A stretch of 63,620 nucleotides of DNA, counting the filler, from Myxococcota bacterium (lineage in GTDB: Bacteria > Myxococcota > Myxococcia > Myxococcales > Myxococcaceae): assembly GCA_049322255.1 (NCBI GenBank). It is 5 parts of 5 records of this genome, joined end to end, with 100 filler letters (N's around TTAATTAATTAA, not from the genome) between each part and the next. Parts side by side here need not be neighbours in the genome. Positions count along the whole stretch, not along the records: positions 44,538 to 58,410 come from JBMORE010000110.1; positions 58,511 to 63,620 come from JBMORE010000188.1; 3 more parts are not named here. One strand, written 5' to 3'. The position numbers and the translations under genes were made by a program. Shown here one piece after another: positions 56,445-63,620 of this stretch; within the stretch, counting starts at the first letter, position 1; the number at the start of each line of letters is the position of its first letter. The notes under the pieces were generated by a model. It was not told the origin of the DNA, made no database searches, and saw nothing but the letters and a program-made list of their open reading frames with translations.

Positions 56445-58410
56445 GTGTTCCGCTTGCCGGCATGGCTGGCGCTCGCCCTGGGCCTCTTCGCTGCGTGCGC
56501 CACGGTGGAGGAGCAGGCGCAAGGGCCGCGGGTGGAGCGGCTGCGCATCGAAGGCGCCCGCCAGGTCGACGAGGACGAGCTCAAGGAGAAAATTCTCACC
56601 GCCGAGTCGAGCTGGCTTCCCGCGTGGGTGCCGATCTTCGGAGAGGAGCACCGCTTCGACCCCAATGCCTGGCAGGCCGACCTGCGGCGCATCGAACGGC
56701 TCTACCAGTCGCGCGGCTACTATCAGGCCCGCGTCCTCGACGAGGAGGTGAAGGAGCTTGCTGCCGATGGCGTCGAGCTCTGGGTGCGCGTCGACGAGGG
56801 CTCGGCCACCGTGCTGCGAACGGTCGAGGTGCGCGGGCTCGACCGGCTTCCCCCGGAGCACGGCGCCGCCGCGCTGGAGAAGCTGCCGCTCAACGAGGGC
56901 GATGTCTTCCTCGAGGAGAACTGGGTGGGGGTGAAAGAAGCCATCGCCGCGCGCCTGAGGGAGCTGGGGTACGTGGAGGCGGTGGTGAACGGGGAGGCGC
57001 AGGTGGACGTGGCCACGCGCAGCGCCCACGTGCGGCTGGAGGTGGAGAGCGGCCCCCGCTATCGCTTCGGCAACATCGTCGTCGCCGCGAACGCCGGTGC
57101 TCGGGTTGCGCCCAAGCGCGTCGTCGAGCAGGTGGAATCCGAGCTCCAGCCTGGCGACTGGTACTACGAATCGGCGCTGGCCAAGGCGCAAGCACGCGTT
57201 TTTCAGATGGGCGTGTTCGGAGCGGTGAAGGTCACCCGCAGCTCGCCGGAGCGCGCGGCAGGCACCGTGCCGGTGGTGGTCGACGTGCGCGAGGCCCCCT
57301 TCCACACCCGGCGCGCCGGCCTCGGTTTCGGCTTCGACCAAACCCGGCAGGACGTGCGGTTGGTGGGCGAATACACCGACCGCAACTTCCTCGGCGGGCT
57401 GCGCCGCCTCACCGTGCGCGGCAAGCTGGGCTACGCCTTCCTCCCCGACGCAGTCTCGGTGCTGAGCAAAAAAGACAGCACCCAGGCAGGCCCGGTGACC
57501 CGGGTGGTGGCCGAGCTCGAGCAACCGCGGCTGTTTTCGCCCGCGCTGTCGTTCGCCACTTCCCTCGAGCTCTCCAGCGGCATCGAGCCCGCGTACAACT
57601 TCATCGGCGGCAGCTACAAGGCCGGCGTGGTGTGGCGACCACGCACCGACGTCACCGTCTACCCTTCCTACAACCTCGAGCTGTACTGGCTCTCCTCCCC
57701 CACTCCCTTAGGTGGCCGTTCTCCCGCGGTGACCTTCGGTTGCCCCACGCTGTGTGTACTCTCGTACCTGGAGCAAACCATCGAGCTCGACCGGCGGGAC
57801 GACCGGCTGGAGCCGCGCCGCGGCTACCTCCTCGCCTTCTCGCTGCAGGAGGGCGGCGGGCCACTGGGCGGCGCCTTCTCCTTCGTGCGGGTGCAGCCGG
57901 AGGCGCGGGGGTACGTGAGCTTCTTCGACGACCAGCGGCTGACCCTTGCGGGCAAGCTGAAAATCGGCTCGCTGCTCACCGCTGCCGGGGCGCCCAGTCC
58001 CATCGTCTCGCGCTTCTTCTCCGGAGGAGCCGCCTCGATGCGCGGCTTCAACGACCGCCGGCTGTCACCGTTGCTCGCGGTGCCGCTGGAGCGCAAGCCC
58101 GACGAAGGCGAGACGCTCCCCATCGGAGGCAACGGCGTGCTCGAGGCGTCCATCGAGCTGCGCTACCATCTCGGGGGAGACTGGGTGCTGGCCACCTTCC
58201 TCGACGGCGGCTTCGTCACCCCAGGCAGCTTCGACGCCCTCGACCCCGCGTACTACTCGCGGAATCTGCTCCTCGCCGCCGGCTTCGGCCTGCGCTACCG
58301 CACCCCCCTGGGCCCCATCCGTGCTGACTTCGCCCGCCGGCTGCCTGTCGGCCCTCCGCTCCCGGTGATTCAGTCCTCCGCGAGCGCGGTCGACTTCCCG
58401 GTGCACAACA
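56445..58410 (+). CDS. BamA/TamA (Omp85) family protein, 3' end cut by gap
   Basis: FAAC lipobox; POTRA units; FFSGGAASMRGF; GLRYRTPLGPIRADF. Confidence 0.9.
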
Positions 58411-58510
58411 NNNNNNNNNNNNNNNNNNNNNNNNNNNNNNNNNNNNNNNNNNNNTTAATTAATTAANNNNNNNNNNNNNNNNNNNNNNNNNNNNNNNNNN
58501 NNNNNNNNNN
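58411..58510. other. Artificial contig linker
   Basis: N-run + TTAATTAATTAA + N-run. Confidence 0.99.
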
Positions 58511-58962
58511 TGTTCACCGAAGCAGCGGTGTACCAGGCAGCCGACCCGAGCAAGAGACGTTCGCCGAAGGGAAAAAAGCCCGAACTTCCCAACGCCATCA
58601 TCAAGATCTCGAAGACCGACGGCGCCGTGTCGCGCTTGGCCGACCTGGTGGCGTACCCGTCCGATCTATTCGTTGATTCGGCTCACCTGTATTGGGTCGA
58701 AGCCGAGACGATCTGGCGGTCGGGCAAGACACCCGTTGTGCCGACTGAATTGGCCATGGGCGAGCATCCAACCCGGGTCTCAGCAGACGACGGCCACCTC
58801 TATTGGATCGACGGCGTCAGGGGCTGGGGTGACCTGCGGCAGCGACCGAAGTCAGGGGGAGCATCGACTCTCATCGCGCCTAATGTTGTCGCCTTCGTCA
58901 TCGACGAAAGGACGATCTACTGGGTCGTTCACCAAGGCTTCGTCACGCAACGCGCCAAGTAG
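58511..58962 (+). CDS. 3' part of a beta-propeller repeat protein
   Basis: VDSAHLYW, ADDGHLYW and IDERTIYW blades. Confidence 0.7.
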
Positions 58963-58993
58963 ATCGGCAAGCCGCTGGACTCCAGAAGGGTGA

Positions 58994-59611
58994 TTAGTAC
59001 TCGTCTTCCGGCTTCTGGGCGATGTGCCACAGCCGGTCGTACTCAGCCCGCACGTACTCGTGCAGGTGGAGCCGGAATTCGAGCGGTAGCTTCCGGGTGC
59101 GGATGAGGCGGATCACGTCAGCCCAGTCTTGCGGCCGATCGGGGGCCGTCATCGCCGACGCCAGCTTGAGCTCGACGAGCGTGGGCAGGGAAATGACCCG
59201 GTAGCGTTCGGTCGTTTCCGACGCCTCCGATGGAACAGGAAACGCAACGGGTTTGGGCTTGCCATCTCCGGGGTAGTCGCCGGAGATCAAGAAGTCGATT
59301 TTCACTTTCGTTTCGGTGTGTCGAACTGGCTTGCTTCCCGGGCGTACCTCGACGAACCCTCGTCCGAGCCACCGCTCTTTGAAGCGAGCCAAACCATCGC
59401 GCGTGATGAGCAGGTCCACGTCTTCGGTCGCACGCAGAACGCCGTGCTCGTTGAGGGCGAGAGCGCCAGCCACTGCGAAGTCGATTCCCTCCTCGGAGAG
59501 GATTCGAGCAACTGCATCGGCAGCTTGATGAATAGGAGATTTTCCCAAGAAGTACTCTCCGGCGAGCCGGGCCGCTTCGTCGAACGACCGTACTGGAGGG
59601 TACATTGACAT
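58994..59611 (-). CDS. Stand-alone Pol-beta-superfamily nucleotidyltransferase (AbiEii/MenT-like motifs)
   Basis: AGALAL...RATEDVD...KIDFL...ELKLAS...RPQDWAD. Confidence 0.75.
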   Translation of the reverse strand: MSMYPPVRSFDEAARLAGEYFLGKSPIHQAADAVARILSEEGIDFAVAGALALNEHGVLRATEDVDLLITRDGLARFKERWLGRGFVEVRPGSKPVRHTETKVKIDFLISGDYPGDGKPKPVAFPVPSEASETTERYRVISLPTLVELKLASAMTAPDRPQDWADVIRLIRTRKLPLEFRLHLHEYVRAEYDRLWHIAQKPEDEY

Positions 59612-59646
59612 CCGGAATCATCATAACAACGAGGCCGAAGGGTTAC

Positions 59647-60783
59647 TCAGAGGCGCAGCTCGGCGCGAACGTCGCCTTTGTACCCGGCCTTGAGCTGTTC
59701 CGCCGCCGAACGCACGTCGCTGCCCGCGGCTTCAGGAACCATCACCTGGAGCACCAGGTAGAGGTCGCCCGGGGCGCCACCCTTGAGCGAAGGCACGCCC
59801 TTGCCTTTCAGGCGCATCTTGCGGCCGGACTGCGAGCCGGGAGGAACCTTCACCGTCACCGGGCCGGTGAAGGTCGGCACTCGTACTTCTGCGCCGAGCA
59901 TCGCCTCGGGCACGGTGAGGGGCAGGTCGAGGTAGAGGTCGTCTCCCTCGCGGCGGACGAGCGGGTGCGGCGCCACCTCGGTCTCGATGTACAAATCTCC
60001 CGACGGGCCTTCGCGCGCGCCCGCGGCTCCCTGACCGGCGAGGCGAATCTTCGAGCCGGTCGACACCCCGGCGGGAATCTTCACCGTCAGCCGCTGCGTC
60101 TCCTCCACCAGCCCGTCTCCCTCGCAGACCTTGCAGGGAGGGGCAGAGCGGCCACTGCCTGCGCAGGTGGGGCAGGCGCCGGCCATTTGCAAAGGGCCCA
60201 CCATGCGACGGGAGCGCCCGGAGCCTTTGCACGTAGGACACGTTCCTGCTTTGCCGCTCGTTCCCTGGCCGTCGCACTTGGCGCACCGGCCGGGGCGGGT
60301 CACCATCAAGGAGCGCTCGGCGCCTGTCACCGCGTCGGAGAGCGAAATCTGCACCCGCGCCGCCATGTCTTCCCCGCGGGTGGGTCCTTCGAAGGGAGCT
60401 CCGCCGCGCCCCGCGCGTCCGAAGAGCTCGCCGAAGAGGTCTCCTAGGTCGACCTCCGGGCCCACTCCGGCGCCGAAGTCGAAGGGCACGCCCCGGCCTC
60501 CCCCCGCCGCTTGCTGCCGGTAGGCGCGGTAGGCTTGCGCCTTCTTCTCGTCGAAGCCGATCTTCGCCGCGTCCTCTCCGAGCTCGTCGTACAGCTTTCG
60601 CTTCTTGGGGTCGGAGAGCACCTCGAAGGCGCTGGAGATCTGCTTGAACTTCTCTTCGGCGGCCTTGTTCCCCGGGTTGACGTCGGGGTGGTACTTGCGC
60701 GCGAGCCGGCGGTAGGCCTTCTTGATTTCGTCGTTCGACGAGCCTCTGGAGACCCCCAGCTGCTGGTAGTAGTCCTCCGCCAT
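59647..60783 (-). CDS. dnaJ: DnaJ chaperone
   Basis: J-domain with HPD, G/F-rich region, four CxxCxGxG repeats, C-terminal domain. Confidence 0.9.
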   Translation of the reverse strand: MAEDYYQQLGVSRGSSNDEIKKAYRRLARKYHPDVNPGNKAAEEKFKQISSAFEVLSDPKKRKLYDELGEDAAKIGFDEKKAQAYRAYRQQAAGGGRGVPFDFGAGVGPEVDLGDLFGELFGRAGRGGAPFEGPTRGEDMAARVQISLSDAVTGAERSLMVTRPGRCAKCDGQGTSGKAGTCPTCKGSGRSRRMVGPLQMAGACPTCAGSGRSAPPCKVCEGDGLVEETQRLTVKIPAGVSTGSKIRLAGQGAAGAREGPSGDLYIETEVAPHPLVRREGDDLYLDLPLTVPEAMLGAEVRVPTFTGPVTVKVPPGSQSGRKMRLKGKGVPSLKGGAPGDLYLVLQVMVPEAAGSDVRSAAEQLKAGYKGDVRAELRL

Positions 60784-60834
60784 GACGCCTCCGCGCGGAG
60801 ATTAACCAGCTGTGGACGCAACGCCAGTCGCGTG

Positions 60835-61362
60835 TCAGTGCACACCTTTTCCGGCTGCGGAGATCGCACGCATCGCCAGGAACATCGGTATCGGTGTTGG
60901 TCGCGCATTGGAGGCCCCCTCGACTGCAACGAGCCCGACGAAGCCATACTTTGCGTAGAGCTCGACGGCCTGCTGCTTGGCGTCCACGACGATGCCCACG
61001 CATCCGAAGTCCTTGGCCATCTTCACGGCGAGGTCGATGGCAAACCGGAGCAACTGGTTTCCGAGGCCCTGACCGCGCAGGCGCTCGTCCACCGCGAGCC
61101 GGGCAAGCCGCAGGACTGGGAGGGGATAGCCGGGCAACTTTTTGCGGAGCGACGCCGGAAGGTTGTCGCTTTCGAGCTGCCCAACCGTGACGGTGACGAA
61201 GCCGATGATCCGGTCACTGTCGTCGACCGCAACGTACGTCACGCCAACGTAGTGGCGAAACTGGTTCTGCCCGGCGAAGCGATGGAAGAAGCGGTCGAGA
61301 TCGTCGTCCCCGGACCGAAATTGCGAGCGCTCATCTTGCTCGCGTAGGCGTCTAATCTCCAT
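60835..61362 (-). CDS. GNAT acetyltransferase toxin (AtaT/TacT-like)
   Basis: FRSGDDDLDRFF, LARLAVD..RGQGLG, VDAK..AVELYAKYGF. Confidence 0.88.
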   Translation of the reverse strand: MEIRRLREQDERSQFRSGDDDLDRFFHRFAGQNQFRHYVGVTYVAVDDSDRIIGFVTVTVGQLESDNLPASLRKKLPGYPLPVLRLARLAVDERLRGQGLGNQLLRFAIDLAVKMAKDFGCVGIVVDAKQQAVELYAKYGFVGLVAVEGASNARPTPIPMFLAMRAISAAGKGVH

Positions 61363-61621
61363 CGCGCATGAGGTCGCGCAGCGCTTGCGTGGGAGTAGCC
61401 TTCTCCATCTGCTCGACGACCTTCTCGAACGACTGGCGCGTGACCACGATGCGCGGGTGCACGATGATGTCAGCCGGAAGCTCCTCGAGCGCTTGAAGAT
61501 GGTGCAGAAGCGCCTGTTCGAGGAGATGGCCCTTCTTTACGCCACTGGCGCGCACATGCTTCTCCAGACGGTCCCGAGTCGTCTGCGAGATCATGGCCGA
61601 GATCTGCGTCTCCTTGGACAT
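61352..61621 (-). CDS. Putative antitoxin (RHH/DUF1778-like)
   Basis: GGGGAG RBS; overlaps the GNAT start; C-terminal PTQALRDLM typical of GNAT antitoxins. Confidence 0.75.
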   Translation of the reverse strand: MSKETQISAMISQTTRDRLEKHVRASGVKKGHLLEQALLHHLQALEELPADIIVHPRIVVTRQSFEKVVEQMEKATPTQALRDLMRDGD

Positions 61622-61896
61622 TGAGAATCTCCCCAAATAAATCTACATTTCTGTATGAAGCTCCGTCAACCCCGCGCGGATACCCGTGGAGCGGATAGGG
61701 GCAGCTGCAGCTTGGCCAGTTGCTTGGGAAGCCGGAAGCGGGTGAGCTCGTCGACGATGCGCCGCGGGCGTTCGACTTCCTGTAGCACCGCGCGCAGGTT
61801 GGCGCACACCCCCGTACCGGAGTGGCCACAGACGTATTGAAGGCGCGCGAGCGCTGGCGCTACAGTTGCGATGGGCCGCCCCGGGAGGAAATTTTC

Positions 61897-63620
61897 ATGC
61901 GCATTCGCTCTGCTGGTCGCAGCGTTGGGTTGTCGTGTGCGTTGGCCGTGTTGCTTGCCGCTGCGCAGGCGAACGCGCAGTGGACCAATACGGGCGGCGG
62001 AGACCACGGAGGTCAGGACTGGACGCCCAACAACCTCGACGTCGTCGCTGGGACGCACTTCAACGTCGGCACGTTCACGGTGTTGGCGGGGCGAACCGTC
62101 AACGTCAGCTGGGGCTCTCCGCTGGTCGTCTACGCGACGAGCTCCATCACTATTGCCGGAGCGTTGCGTGCAGATGGTGCCGGGAATGCCGCAAGCGCCG
62201 GAACGGGTAGGGGACAACCCGGGGCCAATGGTGGCCGCTATGGGTTAGGAGGGGGGGGAGGTGGCTATGGCAGCCCCGGTGGTGGGGGCGGCTACGGGGG
62301 GGAGGCAGCAGGAGGAGGTTCGTACGATTCGACAACGTATGGGGTGGAGCTGGGCTCGGGCGGGGGAAACGGAGGACTGGGCATTTACGCTGGTGCTGGG
62401 GGCGCAGGTGGCCGAGGAGGAGGTGCCATTACCCTTGTTTCGCCAACGGTTTCAGTCACAGGAACCGTTTCTGCTGTGGGAATTCCTGGCGGGAATGGCG
62501 TCGGCAGCGGCTCAAATTCGGCATCGGGTGGTGGTGGTGGTGGCTCCGGCGGTGGCATCGCGATCAAGGCGTCTACGTTGAGCATCCCCGCAGGTGCGCT
62601 AATTTCCACCAACGGAGGCAACGGCGGGAATGGTGGTCAGTCTCTTTACGGCGCAGGAGGCGGGGGAGGTGGCGGTGGCGGAAGAATCAAGCTCTATTTC
62701 GTCAATGCTCCAGGCATCGCGGGTACGTTGAGCTCAAACGGTGGCGCCGGAGGCGCCGGGGGAGGTCTCAACGGTGGCGCTGGTGCCATCGTTCAGACTT
62801 TTGCCTACGGCCCCGTGGCTCCAACCTCTCTGTATGCGGCTTCTAGCGCGGCGGGGGCTCAAGCGGGTGCCGCGTGCGGCGCCGAGGTTACCTTTCCGCC
62901 CTACTTCAGCGCCGTTTACCGCGATGACCCGGCCGAATTCAGTCCCAACGCGGCCCAGGCCTACGAAATCCATGTCAACACCGCGGCGAATTTCACGGGA
63001 TTCAGCATGTGGGCGTCGGGAATCGTGCCCATCACCACCGCATCGGGAACGCGTACGGCGAGCATCTCCTATGGGGGAGCAGCCCTCACCGCGGGCACCG
63101 ACTACTACTGGCGCATCCGCTTCTGGGATTCCAACGGCTTCATGGGCCCCTGGAGCAGCTCCTGCCAGCTTCGCATCAACCGTGCGCCGACAACGCCCGA
63201 CAATGCCTCCCCGCTGGGTCCATACGTCACCACCCTGACGCCGCTTCTCACCGGCTCGACCTACAATGACTTGGAGAACAACCCCCAAGCCGCGGCGCAA
63301 TTCCAGCTGCGCCTTGCGGGCGACACCTACGCCAACGGCATCAACTCGGGTCTTGTGGGCGGAGCGACAACGAGCTGGTTGGTGGCGCCTGCACTGACGG
63401 AAGGTACCCAGTACTTCTGGCAATTGCGCTACCAGGACAGCGTAGGCGGCTGGTCCAATTTCTCCATCGAGACTTCCTTCACCGTCGACACCCTTCCCCC
63501 CACGACGCCGGGCGCACCCTTCGTCGTCTCTCCTAACCCCACCAACGGCGTCGTCACCCTCTCTTGGAATCCGCCCTCCACCGACAGCGGCAGCGGGATT
63601 GCCGGGCACGAATTGTACCG
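61897..63620 (+). CDS. Large secreted glycine-rich protein with FN3/Ig-like domains (runs off the window; not in ORF track)
   Basis: GGAGG RBS; MRIRSAGRSVGLSCALAVLLAAAQANA signal; GSGGG...GGGAITL...GGGSGGGI...GGGGGRI; YYWRIRFWD, YFWQLRYQD, VTLSWNPP; open to the end. Confidence 0.85.
   Translation, partial: MRIRSAGRSVGLSCALAVLLAAAQANAQWTNTGGGDHGGQDWTPNNLDVVAGTHFNVGTFTVLAGRTVNVSWGSPLVVYATSSITIAGALRADGAGNAASAGTGRGQPGANGGRYGLGGGGGGYGSPGGGGGYGGEAAGGGSYDSTTYGVELGSGGGNGGLGIYAGAGGAGGRGGGAITLVSPTVSVTGTVSAVGIPGGNGVGSGSNSASGGGGGGSGGGIAIKASTLSIPAGALISTNGGNGGNGGQSLYGAGGGGGGGGGRIKLYFVNAPGIAGTLSSNGGAGGAGGGLNGGAGAIVQTFAYGPVAPTSLYAASSAAGAQAGAACGAEVTFPPYFSAVYRDDPAEFSPNAAQAYEIHVNTAANFTGFSMWASGIVPITTASGTRTASISYGGAALTAGTDYYWRIRFWDSNGFMGPWSSSCQLRINRAPTTPDNASPLGPYVTTLTPLLTGSTYNDLENNPQAAAQFQLRLAGDTYANGINSGLVGGATTSWLVAPALTEGTQYFWQLRYQDSVGGWSNFSIETSFTVDTLPPTTPGAPFVVSPNPTNGVVTLSWNPPSTDSGSGIAGHELY

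Noticed and set aside
14962..58510. Four identical TTAATTAATTAA motifs within N-runs
   Set aside because: Artificial six-frame-stop contig linkers; not biological, and synteny across them is not meaningful
61666..61860. Minus-strand coding-like stretch (LQYVCGHSGTG...LPKQLAKLQLP)
   Set aside because: Could be a gene remnant, but I cannot recognise a family or a credible start

Overview
High-GC sequence from a myxobacterium (Myxococcota). The evidence is a MYXO-CTERM tail, a TIGR02266-type PilZ protein, a Pph1-like phosphatase and a Myxococcus-type LexA box at recA. Four 100-nt N/TTAATTAATTAA linkers join five contigs, so adjacency across them is not biological. Contig 1 carries a minus-strand surface-glycan operon (WecA/MraY-like, epimerase, two NTP_transf_5 nucleotidyltransferases, ugd, UbiA/DPPR-synthase-like, DUF362). 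It is interrupted by small selfish modules: a ParE remnant, Uma2, MNT-HEPN, and a four-helix-bundle gene bracketed by a 46-bp inverted repeat. Contig 2 has LysR, rsmB, aroQ-like, fmt, a HEAT lipoprotein, recA and a TraB-like OmpA/adhesin pair. Contig 3 has rsmA, tsaD, a REC-DUF4388-TPR protein, PilZ, DnaJ-TPR, trmL, pph1, amgK/murU-like and cystathionine beta-synthase. Contig 4 has VapBC, IDH, a degenerate hybrid kinase, an ECF/anti-sigma/RlmN-like operon, mpg, malQ and BamA/TamA. Contig 5 has a solo nucleotidyltransferase, dnaJ, a GNAT TA pair and a large glycine-rich secreted protein. A CCCTCTCCC-N3-GGGAGAGGG REP occurs six times, once in frame inside a gene. No CRISPR array, tRNA, rRNA, transposase or reverse transcriptase was seen. 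All family calls come from motif recognition by eye, not database searches.
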